This document shows positions 19,620 through 30,773 of a stretch of DNA of 64,000 nucleotides, piece after piece. The first letter of the stretch is position 1. Each line of letters starts with the position of its first letter. Source of the stretch: Bryobacterales bacterium (GTDB taxonomy: Bacteria > Acidobacteriota > Terriglobia > Bryobacterales > UBA6623); contig CAXXKD010000001.1 of NCBI GenBank assembly GCA_963422375.2, positions 430,769 to 494,768 of the forward strand, read 5' to 3'. The notes under the pieces were generated by a model. It made no database searches and was not told the DNA's origin. It saw only the letters and a program-made list of their open reading frames with translations. A program made the translations under genes and the position numbers.

Positions 19620-20915
19620 ATGCGCGACTCGAGGATCGTGTTCCTAGCGGCGGGTCTGCTGCTCGGAGGCAGCCTGCTGTGGGGCCAGGGCCAGCGCGGC
19701 GGAGACTCCACCGGCGGCGGAAACTCCGGCGGGCAGCAGGGCGGCGGGCAGCAGGGCGGCGGGCAGCAGGGCGGACAGTCCCGGCAGCAGCCCGACTACA
19801 ACAACAACCGGCAGAGCGATCCGTTCGGGAACCGCCAGAACGACCCGTTCGCCAACCAGATGCGGCCACTGTACTTGAACGGCCGGGTGGTGACCGACGA
19901 TGGCCAGGCCCCGTCCGAGCCGGTGGTCGTCAAGCGCGTCTGCCAGGGCAACGCCTATCCCGAGGACTACACCGACTCCAAGGGGCGCTTCAGCTTCCAG
20001 GTGGGCGGAGACATTTCCATGCTCACGACGGATGCGAGCGTGTCGGGCACGCGCCTCGGCGGCGGATCGGTCATGTCGGGAGGCGGCGTCAACGACGACT
20101 GCGTGCGCCAGATCGGCATGGGCAGGTACGACCTCAGCTCCTCGACCCTGCGGGCCGAACTGCCGGGCTACCGTTCGGACGACATCAATCTCGGCATGTA
20201 CAGCACGATGGGCAACAACGACGTTGGCGTGATCGTGCTGCATCGCCTCGCCGGCTTGGTGGGCGATGTCGTGAGCGCGCTGACGCTCCAGGCCCCGAAG
20301 GCTGCCCGGAAGGCCTACGAGAGCGGCCTGCGCGAGATTCGCAAGAAGAAGCCCAAGTACGACAAGGCGGTCGCGCAGCTGGAGAAGGCCGTGGCGGCCT
20401 ACCCCCAGTTCGCGGCAGCGTGGGCGGCCATGGGGGACGCCAAGGCCGCCATGCAGGACAGCGACGGTGCCTGGGGCGCCTACTCCAAGGCCGTGGAGCA
20501 CGACCCGAAGTACATCAAGCCCTACGAGGCGCTGATCGAGATGGCCGTGGCGCGCAGCGACTGGCCGAGCTTGGACTCGTTCGGCAGCGCCTACCTGGGA
20601 CTCAATCCCAACGCCGGCAGGGTGCGCTTCCTGACCGCCGTGGCGGCGCTGAACAGCGGGAACGCCGAGAGGGCCGAGGAGATGGTGCTTGCCATGAGGG
20701 CCGGTGACGGCGCCCAACAGTTCCCGCAAAGCTACCAGATCATGGGCATGATCCACGAGCAGCGGGCCGAATTCGAGAAGGCGGCGGACCAGTACCGCTC
20801 GTTCGTGCAAGTCACCGGCGAGGAGACGTCCCAGAACGTCCAGCAGGTTAAGCGCAAGCTGCACGAATGGGAGATGCTCGGCGTCATACAGAAGTCCGCG
20901 GCGGCGGGCCCATAG
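19620..20915 (+). CDS. Secreted TPR-repeat protein with N-terminal beta domain
   Basis: Signal peptide, GGQQG low-complexity linker, TDSKGRFSF, helical TPR-like repeats (YPQFAAAWAAMG). Confidence 0.8.
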   Translation: MRDSRIVFLAAGLLLGGSLLWGQGQRGGDSTGGGNSGGQQGGGQQGGGQQGGQSRQQPDYNNNRQSDPFGNRQNDPFANQMRPLYLNGRVVTDDGQAPSEPVVVKRVCQGNAYPEDYTDSKGRFSFQVGGDISMLTTDASVSGTRLGGGSVMSGGGVNDDCVRQIGMGRYDLSSSTLRAELPGYRSDDINLGMYSTMGNNDVGVIVLHRLAGLVGDVVSALTLQAPKAARKAYESGLREIRKKKPKYDKAVAQLEKAVAAYPQFAAAWAAMGDAKAAMQDSDGAWGAYSKAVEHDPKYIKPYEALIEMAVARSDWPSLDSFGSAYLGLNPNAGRVRFLTAVAALNSGNAERAEEMVLAMRAGDGAQQFPQSYQIMGMIHEQRAEFEKAADQYRSFVQVTGEETSQNVQQVKRKLHEWEMLGVIQKSAAAGP

Positions 20916-20942
20916 CGCCCGTCGCGGCCGCTTCGGTCCGTC

Positions 20943-22484
20943 TTAGGCTTCGGCGCGCACCCAGCCGTGCGCCGCGTTGTCGGGTTGCATGCCGCGGTCT
21001 AGGTACGCATCCCGGATTCGGCGAATCCCGTCGTTTCTCCTCGCCTCGATGGCCGCGGTCGGGTTGATCCCGTAGATTCGCGCCGCGTTCAGGCCGAATA
21101 TCCTGGCCCTGTCCTCGCGCGTGATCTTGGCGTAGTCGAACTTCTCGCAGATCTCGTCGCTGATCTGGAACCGCTTGAAGGCTTCGATGCACCACTGCGG
21201 CGAGCCCCACCAGATGCAGTCCGTGCCCCAAAGCACGCGGTCGGCGCCGAAGTGCCGGATATTCTTGCCCATCAGGTGCATGCACATCACCGGATGCGTC
21301 ACTGCGAGCGTCGCGAACGCGCTGCCGATCTCGCAATGCACGTTGTCCAAGGTCGGGTTGCGCCTCTTGATGTCCATCAGGACGTCGTGCCACGCGAAGT
21401 CCCCGGTTGCCGGGTCGAAGTTGGCCGGGTCGGTGAAGGCCGGCTCGGTCGGTCCGTGCTTGAGCGCCGAATGGTATACGACGAACGTGAAGTCGCGGTT
21501 CTGCAGCGCGGCCCGCTCGACGTCCTCGGGATTCGCGAGGTGTCCGAATCGCCGCGACTGTGACGCGAACCCCTTGTGGACGCTGACCGTAGTCTGGCCG
21601 AGCTCGCGGGCCACCTCGTAGAAGTACGCGGCGGCCTCGTCGTCGAGTCGAAACCCTCGCCCCGACCGACCGGGGTCGAAGTGGCAGTAGAGCTTCCAAG
21701 AGGCGTTGCCGTACTCCTGAACCTCGCGCGCCATCTGCTCCTTGAGCAGCGTCCGATCCTGCCTGTCGGTCAGGCGGTCCCAGTAGTGGTTCGGGGCGCA
21801 GTTGCTTTGCGAGAGCGCTCGGACGCTCCCGGCGATCCCGTTGATGTCGTCGCGCCGGGAGGCCATCAGCCAGCTGGGCAGGATCCCGCCTCCGCGGACG
21901 AGCTTCGGATCGACCCGCTGGCCGCTCGCTGCGTTCGCGGCGAGCGCGACTCGTTCCTCCGGAGGGCTCTTCTCACGTCCCGGCACTCCCGAAATGACGA
22001 GCATGTCGGTCTCCGAATCCAGGTACATCTCCTTGAAGAAGGTGCCGAAGCTGTAGGCGTCGGCGTCGTTCGCCAGTTCGAAGCCCATGCCGCGCATGAA
22101 TTCTGACGTGCGGTGATTCAGCGGGTAGCCGTTCGTGAAGTGGGCCTGCACGTCGAACACGAAATACTCGCCCGGCGGCCACCTCTCTTCGTGCGCGGCA
22201 GGCTCGAACATCTCCTCCCTCGCCACGTCCCAGTAGCGTTGCCCGTAGGCCTCGTTGGCCGCCCAGAATGAGGTCGCGAGGCCCATGCCGGTGCGCATGA
22301 AGGCCCTCCGGTCGATTCCGACGCGCTTGGCGTTCGCCTCGGCCAGTTCGCCGATGCGATGCTCCCAGCGCGCCTGCGCGCGACTCTGGGGCCTAGGCCA
22401 GATTTCCTCGTTCGAGACGACCTGCGTCGGGATTGGGGAATCGACTCCCTTGGCCCGATCGCGCCGCCATTTCGGAACCCACAC
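20943..22484 (-). CDS. Amidohydrolase family protein
   Basis: DVQAHF, SVHKG, VVYHS, VLWGTDCIWWGSPQW. Confidence 0.85.
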   Translation of the reverse strand: MWVPKWRRDRAKGVDSPIPTQVVSNEEIWPRPQSRAQARWEHRIGELAEANAKRVGIDRRAFMRTGMGLATSFWAANEAYGQRYWDVAREEMFEPAAHEERWPPGEYFVFDVQAHFTNGYPLNHRTSEFMRGMGFELANDADAYSFGTFFKEMYLDSETDMLVISGVPGREKSPPEERVALAANAASGQRVDPKLVRGGGILPSWLMASRRDDINGIAGSVRALSQSNCAPNHYWDRLTDRQDRTLLKEQMAREVQEYGNASWKLYCHFDPGRSGRGFRLDDEAAAYFYEVARELGQTTVSVHKGFASQSRRFGHLANPEDVERAALQNRDFTFVVYHSALKHGPTEPAFTDPANFDPATGDFAWHDVLMDIKRRNPTLDNVHCEIGSAFATLAVTHPVMCMHLMGKNIRHFGADRVLWGTDCIWWGSPQWCIEAFKRFQISDEICEKFDYAKITREDRARIFGLNAARIYGINPTAAIEARRNDGIRRIRDAYLDRGMQPDNAAHGWVRAEA

Positions 22485-22625
22485 GAGACGCTCTCCGCCG
22501 TGGCATTCCGCCGCTCGGGGCGCCTCCCGAAGCTAGGGCGGCGGGACAGCGGTGCCAGTATCATAGTAGGCCTAGGTCTCGCCCTCTCCGCGGCTCGCCC
22601 CCTCTCCCGACTGGAGCACCCCACC

Positions 22626-23627
22626 TTGTCGCAACACCGCCTCCGCGCCAAGATTTCCGGCGTCGGTTGCTACGTACCGCCAAACATTCTCAGCAACAAG
22701 GATCTCGAAACGCTCGTCAACACGAGCGACGAGTGGATCCTGAGCCGGACTGGAATCCAGAAGCGCCACATCGCGCCCGACGGCGTTGCCACGTCCGACC
22801 TTGCCGCCGAGGCGGCGCGCGAGCTCCTCGCGAAGACCGGCATCAATGCCGCGGATCTCGAGGCGATCATCGTCTGCACGGTCACTCCGGACATGCTGTT
22901 TCCCGCCACGGCGTGCCTCGTCCAGGACCGGCTCGGAGCCAAGGGTGCTTGGGGTTTCGACCTCGTGGCGGCGTGCTCCGGCTTGCTGTACGGGCTGACC
23001 GCCGCATCCCAGCTCGTGGCCGGCGGCAGCCACGAGCGAGTCATGGTCATCGGCGCCGACACGATGTCGCGAATCGTCGACTACAAGGACCGCGCGACCT
23101 GCGTGCTATTCGGCGACGGTGCCGGCGCGTTTCTCGTTGAGCCCGCCACGGATGGGGACGGCGGCCTGATCGATTTCGTCAACGAGGTGGATGGCTCGGG
23201 CGGCAAGCACCTGTCGATGCCGGCGGGCGGCAGCGCCAAGCCGGCGACGCACGAGTCGGTGGACGAGCGCCTGCACTACGTGCATCAGGAGGGCCGACAG
23301 GTCTATCGCTACGCGGTGAGCAAGATGCACGAGCTCTGCAAGATCCTTCTGGAACGAAACGGGTACACTGCCGAGGACGTCGACTTGCTCATCCCGCATC
23401 AGGCGAACCGTCGCATTATCACGGCCGCGGCCGATCGCTTGGGCCTTCCCTTGGAGCGGGCCATGATCAATATCGATCAGTACGGCAACACCACCGGCGG
23501 AACCATTCCGCTAGCGACGCGGGACGCGATCAAGGCTGGGCGGCTGAAGCGAGGCGACTTGGTGCTCATGGCGGCGGTGGGTGCCGGTTTCACCGCCGGA
23601 GCTTCGCTGTGGCGCTGGAGCTTCTAG
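22626..23627 (+). CDS. fabH: Beta-ketoacyl-ACP synthase III
   Basis: TSDEWI..RTGI, AACSG, LFGDGAGA, PHQAN.RI, YGNT; TTG start after GGAG. Confidence 0.93.
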   Translation: MSQHRLRAKISGVGCYVPPNILSNKDLETLVNTSDEWILSRTGIQKRHIAPDGVATSDLAAEAARELLAKTGINAADLEAIIVCTVTPDMLFPATACLVQDRLGAKGAWGFDLVAACSGLLYGLTAASQLVAGGSHERVMVIGADTMSRIVDYKDRATCVLFGDGAGAFLVEPATDGDGGLIDFVNEVDGSGGKHLSMPAGGSAKPATHESVDERLHYVHQEGRQVYRYAVSKMHELCKILLERNGYTAEDVDLLIPHQANRRIITAAADRLGLPLERAMINIDQYGNTTGGTIPLATRDAIKAGRLKRGDLVLMAAVGAGFTAGASLWRWSF

Positions 23628-24927
23628 AGCGGAGGGCCGAGCGCGATGGCGAGGCCCTCGCCTAGTCCTTGGGGTCGTCCCGGGACGAGCCGCCTCCGAA
23701 CGCCGCTGGACGGAGCGGCCGCAACGACGCTGTCCCGCCGGAAGGCGACTCCGGTCGGTACGGCGGGTCTCCGCCCGCGCCAGGTGCCTGGCAAGACCGA
23801 ACAGGGTGCCGATTTTCGTGCCGCGGTCTCGACGCGTCGTAGGATTCTGCGGTCGAGATAGCTTCGGCAAGACGGCCGGTCCAGCGGGCGGGCGCCCGCA
23901 TCTTCGGATTCGCGGTACCCCGAAGGGGCGCGGCGAGGCCAAGCCAGCAGGCGAACTGGCCCTGCGCCGCGCAGGGCGTACGCAAGGTCACGCCGGGACA
24001 GGTGGAACATCGTTCCGAGTCGGGGCTTCGCCTGCTTCGCTTTCCATTGAATGCGTCGGTGAGACCGCCTCGATCCCGACCGCGCCACTCGCGCTGGTCG
24101 GCTCGTCCGACTCGCAGGTCCGAGAGACCGGATTCGAGCGCGCCAGCCGCCTCCGGCGCGACGGGTCAGACTGATGTTCGCGAAGCGCGAGAATCAGGTC
24201 GATCCTTCCTGCATCGTTACGAACCTCCAAGCGCAATAGCTTCCCCGCCAAGCAGAGGAAGTGACAATACCGCTCTACTCCTTGGATCGCTCGCTACTGG
24301 TACGAGTCGTTGACCATATGGACGAAGGATCGTCAATGCACCCTGTAGGCTGCCATCGCGAAATCCGCCAAGCTATTGCAGCAAAGTCCTAGCTGTTGCC
24401 CCCGGTGCTACAGCCTTGATCGCTCCATTTCTCGCAAGGGGCTCTGGTGGCGAGCGTCGTCGGAGTCGTCGCGGGCGGTGCCAGCGCTGCCCCCTGCGTC
24501 GACGGAAACCCGCGCGCCTGCCGACGAGGCCCGCTGCGACAGCCAGCGTCCGCGCCCGCTCGGGAGCGGCGTCGAGCCGCCACCGGGCGTTCGCCGTAAC
24601 TGCTGGACGCGGCTTCGGCTCGCATGCTCCAGCCGCGCGTCGCGCCAAGCGGCCGCGGACCCGGCCGGCGATGGCGCGGGCGGTCGGCCGCGTTAGCGGT
24701 CCGGCTTCGCCGGTGACCGGAAGACCGAACGGCCTTGGAGCCTTGAGCGTTTCGTTCCCGGATGCCCATCGACGGGCCTCGTCGGCCGGGACGTCCATGC
24801 CATGCCTCCTAGCGTCGCGGGCGGAGCAGCTGCCCCCGCCGCCGAATGCCGCCGCAAATCGATATCGCCTGTCAGTCCGGGTCGCCCGACTCCGCTGCCG
24901 TAGCTGCTGTGCCATGCTGGAGAGGCG

Positions 24928-25095
24928 GTGCTAGATGTTATTGTCTTCGTCGGCTTCTTCTTGCTGATTCTTATCAGTGGCGTGTTTGCCACGAATGTCT
25001 ATTGCAGGCTGGCCTACAACTGGTGCAGCGCCTGCGGCGGCATGAACGCCAAGCGTCGGAGCGAGTGCCGGAAATGTGGCACTGCAATCGAATGA
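24928..25095 (+). CDS. 55-aa small membrane protein with C-terminal zinc ribbon
   Basis: MLDVIVFVGFFLLILISGVFATNVYCRLAYNWCSACGGMNAKRRSECRKCGTAIE; GGAGAGG upstream; TM helix plus CxxC-x10-CxxC; absent from the ORF track. Confidence 0.7.
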   Translation: MLDVIVFVGFFLLILISGVFATNVYCRLAYNWCSACGGMNAKRRSECRKCGTAIE

Positions 25096-25150
25096 TTCGG
25101 GGGCCCGAGGCCTTTGTCCGCAATCTCTAGTAGAATAGTAGAGAATCGCG

Positions 25151-25582
25151 ATGGAGATTTCAGTGAAGGGCGAGTACGCCCTGAGAGCGGTCTTCGAGCT
25201 ATCCAGGCAGGGCGCGCCGGAGCCGGTCAAGATCGCCCGAATCGCCGAGAGCCAGCGAATTCCGCAGAAGTTCTTAGAGATGATCCTTGCCCAGCTCAAG
25301 CAGGGCGGCTATCTCGGCTCCCGTCGGGGTGCCGACGGCGGGTACTTCCTCGCCCGTCCGGCCGACCAGATCACGGTAGGGGACATCCTTCGCCAGATCG
25401 ACGGGCCCTTCCAGCCCAACAAGCGGCCGTTCGAGAACGAGCCGGCGGACTCCCCGTTCCCGGAAATGTGGGATCGCGTGGAGCGCGCGCTGTCTTGCGT
25501 CATTGATCGCACTACCTTCGCGGACCTGGTCGAGCGCTGGAAGCAGAAGCGCTCCAAGCGCGTGCTCACCTGGCAGATCTAG
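25151..25582 (+). CDS. Rrf2 family transcriptional regulator (CymR-like)
   Basis: [36 protein letters not shown]; no Fe-S Cys triad; directly upstream of cysK. Confidence 0.92.
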   Translation: MEISVKGEYALRAVFELSRQGAPEPVKIARIAESQRIPQKFLEMILAQLKQGGYLGSRRGADGGYFLARPADQITVGDILRQIDGPFQPNKRPFENEPADSPFPEMWDRVERALSCVIDRTTFADLVERWKQKRSKRVLTWQI

Positions 25583-25584
25583 CG

Positions 25585-26541
25585 ATGGCGCGCATTTTCG
25601 CGGACAATTCCCTGGCGATAGGTGGCACGCCGCTGGTTCGGCTGGGGCGGATCAGTGACGGAGCCAAGGCGACGGTCCTAGCCAAGGTCGAATCCCGCAA
25701 CCCCGCCTATTCGGTGAAGTGCCGCATCGGGGCCTCGATGATCTGGGACGCCGAGCGGCGCGGCGTCCTGCGTCCCGGCATGGAACTTGTCGAGCCGACG
25801 AGCGGCAACACCGGAATCGCCCTGGCCTTCGTTGCGGCCGCCCGGGACTACAAGCTGACGATCGCCATGCCGTCGAACTACAGCGCCGAGCGGCGACGCG
25901 TGCTCAAGCTGCTCGGAGCGGATCTCGAACTGACGCCCGAGGAAGACGGCATGTACGGCGCGGTGGAACGCGCGCGGGAACTCGTGGAGGAGCATCCCGG
26001 ACGCTTCGTGATGCTCCAGCAGTTCCAGAACCCCGCCAATCCCCGCATCCACTTCGAGACGACCGGACCCGAGATCTGGGACGATACCGACGGGGCGGTT
26101 GACGTGCTCGTCTCGGGAATCGGCACCGGCGGGACCATCAGCGGCATCGCTAGGTACTTCAGGGAGAAGCATGCGAAGCGGGTTCTCTGCGTCGGCGTCG
26201 AACCCGAATGCAGCCCCGTGATACAGCAGCATCTGGCCGGGAAGGAGCTTCGGCCCGGCATAACTGCCATCCAGGGCATCGGAGCGGGTTTCATCCCCGA
26301 CACCCTCGACTTGGACGTCGTGGACCGGATCGAGAGTGTCTCGGACGAGGCGGCGATCGAGTGCGCCCGGCGCCTCGCCCGCGAGGAGGGACTCCTCAGC
26401 GGCATTTCGTGCGGCGCGGCCACCGCCGTCGCCTGCAGGCTCGCGCGGGACCCCGAATTCGAGGGGAAGACGATCGTCGCGATCCTGCCCGACGCGGGCG
26501 AGCGCTACCTCAGTAGCCAGCTGTTCAGCGGCATCGGCTGA
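25585..26541 (+). CDS. cysK: Cysteine synthase A
   Basis: [32 protein letters not shown]. Confidence 0.95.
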   Translation: MARIFADNSLAIGGTPLVRLGRISDGAKATVLAKVESRNPAYSVKCRIGASMIWDAERRGVLRPGMELVEPTSGNTGIALAFVAAARDYKLTIAMPSNYSAERRRVLKLLGADLELTPEEDGMYGAVERARELVEEHPGRFVMLQQFQNPANPRIHFETTGPEIWDDTDGAVDVLVSGIGTGGTISGIARYFREKHAKRVLCVGVEPECSPVIQQHLAGKELRPGITAIQGIGAGFIPDTLDLDVVDRIESVSDEAAIECARRLAREEGLLSGISCGAATAVACRLARDPEFEGKTIVAILPDAGERYLSSQLFSGIG

Positions 26542-26571
26542 AGCCTGCCGCGCCTTACCATAGGTCCTCGC

Positions 26572-27459
26572 ATGGACTTGGTCCAGATCGAGGCGTCGCA
26601 GCGCCTCCCGCCGTGGCTGCGCAAGCCCGGCACGAACTTCCAGGCGTTGCACGACCTCAAGGTCGAACTCCGCGAGCGCGGGTTGCACACCGTCTGCGAA
26701 TCGGCCCGCTGTCCCAACATCCACGAGTGCTTCTCGCGCAAGGCCGCCACCTTCATGATTCTCGGCAACACCTGCACGCGCACGTGCGGCTTCTGCGCCG
26801 TGCCCCAGGGAGTGCCCGGCGGGCTGTCGCCGGACGAGCCGCGGCAGGTTGCGGCCATGGCGCGACGCATGGGACTCCGGCACGTTGTCATCACGAGCGT
26901 GAACCGGGACGATCTGCCGGACGGCGGGTCGGCGCATTTCGCGGCCACGGTACGCGCGGTCCGGCGCGCTCTGCCCGGGGCCCGGGTCGAGGCGCTCGTG
27001 CCTGACTTTCTCGGTGACACGGAAGCGGTGGCGCGGGTGCTGGATGCGGGCTGCGACGTGTTCAACCACAACATGGAGACGGTCCGCCGCCTGTATCGGC
27101 GCGTCCGACCTCAAGCCGCGTACGAGCGGTCCCTCGCAGTGCTTCGCTTCGCTCGGCGGAAGGCCTCTGGAGTCCTGACCAAGTCCGGCTTCATGGTCGG
27201 TCTCGGCGAGACACCGGACGAGGTGCGTTCCCTGCTGCGCGACCTGCGGGACGCCGGGACGGACGTCGCTACGATCGGACAGTACTTGCAGCCGAGGAAG
27301 CGGCGCCTGCGAGTCGTCGAGTACGTCGCGCCCGGGGTGTTCGACGAGTACCGCGCGTACGGGGAGTCGATCGGGTTCCGAGCGGTCTTCAGCGGGCCGC
27401 TCGTCCGCAGCTCGTACATGGCCGAGTCGGTCGAGGTGCAGGCCCTAGGCCGGCCATGA
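26572..27459 (+). CDS. lipA: Lipoyl synthase
   Basis: CESARCPNIHEC (CX4CX5C), CTRTCGFC radical SAM motif, VRSSY. Confidence 0.96.
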   Translation: MDLVQIEASQRLPPWLRKPGTNFQALHDLKVELRERGLHTVCESARCPNIHECFSRKAATFMILGNTCTRTCGFCAVPQGVPGGLSPDEPRQVAAMARRMGLRHVVITSVNRDDLPDGGSAHFAATVRAVRRALPGARVEALVPDFLGDTEAVARVLDAGCDVFNHNMETVRRLYRRVRPQAAYERSLAVLRFARRKASGVLTKSGFMVGLGETPDEVRSLLRDLRDAGTDVATIGQYLQPRKRRLRVVEYVAPGVFDEYRAYGESIGFRAVFSGPLVRSSYMAESVEVQALGRP

Positions 27460-28976
27460 GTCCTTCATCTCGGTCCCGCGCGACGGCCGCTTGGGCGGTT
27501 TCGGCGGCGGCCCTGTCCGGCCTTGCCCAAGTCCTCGTCTTCCCCCGATTCTCGTGGGACTGGCTTGCCCCCGTCTGTCTCGTGCCGCTACTGCTCGTCG
27601 TCCGCGGGCAGCCGCCGAGCCGGCGCTTCGCGCTCGGATGGCTCTCCGGTGCCGTGTTCTGGGGAGGTGCCTGTTACTGGATTTACCCGGTGATGCGCGA
27701 CTACGCCTCCATCGACCCGCCCGTGGCGGCGCTGCTGTTCGTCGCGTTTTTCGCGGTCAAGGCCTTTCACGCCGGAGCGTTCGCCTTGGTGGCGGGGCGT
27801 GTCTTGCTGAGGCGTTGGGCCGTGCCCGGCCTAGCCGTGCTGTGGGTCGCGATAGAAGGCAGCCACCAGTACATCTTCTTCACATGGACGCAGCTCGGCA
27901 ACGCGTCCCTGGATTTCTGGGTGCCGCAAGTCCTGCGTCTCGCCCCTTGGACCGGAATCTACGGCCCCTCGCTGGTATTCGCGCTGGCGAACGCGGGCAT
28001 CGCGACGGCCCTGCTGCGACGGTCGGCCCGGCCGCTCGCCGCTCTCGCTCCCCTGCTGGGCCTGTTCCTGATTCCGCCTCTGCCGCCTTCCGGCAGCGGA
28101 TCCGAGACGGCGCGCCTGGTGCAGCCGAACGTTCACCCGGATCTCCTGCGGACGAACTGGCTCGCCGAGGAAGGGACGGCGCACCTGGCCCGCATGCTGG
28201 CGATGTCGGCGGCTCCGGCGCGGGGCGACAGTCCGATTCTGCTGGTTTGGCCCGAGTATCCCGTGCCTGCTTATTACTACGACGATGCGGCGTCGCGCGC
28301 GTTTCTCGAGCGCGTGGCCCGCGAGGCCGGGGCCGCCTTCATCTTCAACACGATCAGCTTCGAGGGAGGCGACCGGGCCCGCCCGCGCAATTCCTCGGTC
28401 ACGCTGGACAGCTCGGGCGGCCGCCTGTCCGGCTACTCCAAGATCCACTTGGTTCCATTTGGCGAGTTCGTCCCCTGGCCGTTTCACTACTTCGTCGAGA
28501 AGGTGACCCGGCAGGCCGGGATGTTCCGCCCGGGGGACGCGGTTTCTGTCGCAACGCTGAATGGAAGGGGCATCGGCACGTTCATCTGCTACGAATCGGT
28601 TTTCGCCCGCTCCATCCGCAAATTCACGGCGGGCGGGGCCGAGCTGCTGGTGAACATCTCCAATGACAGCTGGTACGGTCGGAGCGCCGCGCGCGAGCAG
28701 CACCTCTTGGTGGCCCGCATGCGCGCGGTCGAGAACGGGCGCTGGATTCTGCGCGCTACCAACGACGGCGTGACCTCGGCCATCGGGCCGTCCGGGCGGG
28801 TCGAGGCGTCCCTGCCGTCGTACGAGCAGGCCGCGCTGGATGTCCGCTTCGACTATCGGTCGCAGCGCACCGGGTACGTGCGGTTCGGGGAATGGCTGTG
28901 GTGGCTGTGCTTGGCCGGGCTCGCCGGCGTACTCGCCGTCGAGGCCCGCCTGGGTGCGCCGCCTGGTCTGCGATAA
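27456..28976 (+). CDS. lnt: Apolipoprotein N-acyltransferase
   Basis: Multiple TMs, WPE, KIHLVPFGEF, ICYE, SNDSWYG, RATNDG. Confidence 0.94.
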   Translation: MSPSSRSRATAAWAVSAAALSGLAQVLVFPRFSWDWLAPVCLVPLLLVVRGQPPSRRFALGWLSGAVFWGGACYWIYPVMRDYASIDPPVAALLFVAFFAVKAFHAGAFALVAGRVLLRRWAVPGLAVLWVAIEGSHQYIFFTWTQLGNASLDFWVPQVLRLAPWTGIYGPSLVFALANAGIATALLRRSARPLAALAPLLGLFLIPPLPPSGSGSETARLVQPNVHPDLLRTNWLAEEGTAHLARMLAMSAAPARGDSPILLVWPEYPVPAYYYDDAASRAFLERVAREAGAAFIFNTISFEGGDRARPRNSSVTLDSSGGRLSGYSKIHLVPFGEFVPWPFHYFVEKVTRQAGMFRPGDAVSVATLNGRGIGTFICYESVFARSIRKFTAGGAELLVNISNDSWYGRSAAREQHLLVARMRAVENGRWILRATNDGVTSAIGPSGRVEASLPSYEQAALDVRFDYRSQRTGYVRFGEWLWWLCLAGLAGVLAVEARLGAPPGLR

Positions 28977-28998
28977 TGCGATCAGACCGACGTGAATT

Positions 28999-30118
28999 AT
29001 GATCCTGGACGAACTGCAGCGAGAGTTCGAGACCGTGCGCGCGCGCGCTCACATGGTCCGGGGGTATCTTTGACGCCTCCGCCGGCAGGCGGCACTTGGC
29101 GGAGATCGAGAAACGCATAGCGGAGCCTGCCTTCTGGAGCGACGGGGCCGGAAGCCAAGCGCTGTTACGAGAGCGCAAGCGGCTGGCACGCCTGATCGAC
29201 ACCGACGAGGAAATCGCCGTCGCCGTCGCCGACCTGGGAGCCTACTTGGAACTGGCAGCGGAAGGCGAGCCGGTCGAGGACGAGTGCGCCGCAGCTCTGG
29301 AAGAACTGGACCTGCGCTTGGAGCAGGTCGAGACCCAGGCCCTGCTCGGGGGCGAGCACGACCGGGCCAATGCAATCATGACCCTGAACGCCGGTGCTGG
29401 CGGCACGGAGGCGCAGGACTGGGCCGAGATGCTGCAGCGCATGTACCTGCGCTGGGCGGAGCGCAAGGGATTCAAGGGTGAGATCTCTGACATGCAGCCC
29501 GGGGACGAGGCCGGCATCAAGTCGTCCTCGATCATCATCCGCGGCGAGAACGCCTACGGCCTGATGCGCTCGGAGACCGGCGTGCATCGACTGGTGAGGA
29601 TCTCGCCGTTCGACTCCAACGCACGGCGCCACACCTCGTTCGCCTCGGTGTTCGTGTATCCGGAGATCGAGGACGAGATCGAAGTCGACATCCGGCCGGA
29701 CGATCTGCGCATCGACACCTACCGAGCGAGCGGCGCCGGCGGCCAGCACGTCAACATGACTGATTCCGCAGTCCGCATCACGCACCTGCCGACGAACATC
29801 GTGGTGCAGTGCCAGAACGAGCGTTCGCAGCACAAGAACAAGGCGACGGCGATGAGGATGCTGCGGGCCCGACTGTACGATTTCGAATTACGCAAGAAGC
29901 GGTCCGAAGCGGACAAGATCGAGGCATCCAAGCTGGATATCGATTTCGGCAGCCAGATCCGAAACTATGTCCTAGCGCCGTACCGGCTGGTCAAGGACCT
30001 GCGCAGCCTCCTCGAGGTTGGCGACGTGGACCGCGTGCTCGACGGTGACTTGGACCGGTTCATGCACGCCTTCTTGGTTCACGAGAAGACGGGGCGTCAG
30101 GGAGCCGAGCTGGCATGA
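28999..30118 (+). CDS. prfB: Peptide chain release factor 2 with programmed +1 frameshift
   Basis: ATG 28999, 24 codons to CTT TGA C at 29068-29074 preceded by GGGGG; +1 frame contains SPF and GGQ. Confidence 0.97.
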
Positions 30119-30371
30119 CCTTGGGATGCTGGCACGGTGGCCCGGTTCAGCGCTACCCGTCGGATGCTGGCCGACAGTCTTTTCGAGACTCCGTGCGACC
30201 TCCGAAGGGAGGGATGAGGCGAAGATCTTTCCAAGTGCCGGCCTGCATGGAATGCGCGTCGGCTGGCCCGGAACGAACCCGTCGGACCGCCCGTTGCGGG
30301 ACGACTCGAGCGTCCCAAGCGATTCGGTCATCCGAGCCCCCCATCCGATAGAGTGCAGTAAAGGTGCTAGC

Positions 30372-30773
30372 GTGCGCAGACACAAGTTGCGGCACCGTCC
30401 TCGAATCGGCAAGGCGCGGAGTGTCGAGCCACCGCCTGCTGGTGTCGACCTGCGACATCTGGCGGGATTGTGCCGTTACGTCGGGAGTCCGTACCACAAG
30501 GATATCCCTTGGTTTGGTGGAGCGCCTACTGCCCCGAGGCCTCACGCCAGCATCTGCCCGCGAGAGTTGGCTCGAAAGCAGGCTCTCGTCGAAGGCTGGC
30601 TCCGGGATGCCATCCGGGCCGGCCAAGTCGGAGGGTGGGATCACGGCTTTCCTCGATACGTTTGGTACCGGGACGAAGGCACGGTGTACGAGGCTCGGCA
30701 GGGATCTCCAAGCTCAGGCGCGTATCACGGATATCCTCTTGAAGAGCGCGAGTACCCTCGAGGATTGAAATGA
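30372..30773 (+). CDS. Small hypothetical protein, putative ribonuclease toxin
   Basis: YVGSPYHK, ICP, FPRYVWY, YEAR, YHGYP; GTG after AAGG; ATGA overlap with next gene; function inferred. Confidence 0.65.
   Translation: MRRHKLRHRPRIGKARSVEPPPAGVDLRHLAGLCRYVGSPYHKDIPWFGGAPTAPRPHASICPRELARKQALVEGWLRDAIRAGQVGGWDHGFPRYVWYRDEGTVYEARQGSPSSGAYHGYPLEEREYPRGLK

Noticed and set aside
19729..19775. 15-bp tandem repeat as a regulatory element
   Set aside because: In-frame GGQQG linker of the secreted TPR protein
24693..24992. Minus-strand 99-aa ORF MANTPLIRISKKK
   Set aside because: Antisense to the better-supported TM/zinc-ribbon small ORF
28999..29073. prfB pseudogene or split gene
   Set aside because: Canonical programmed frameshift signal
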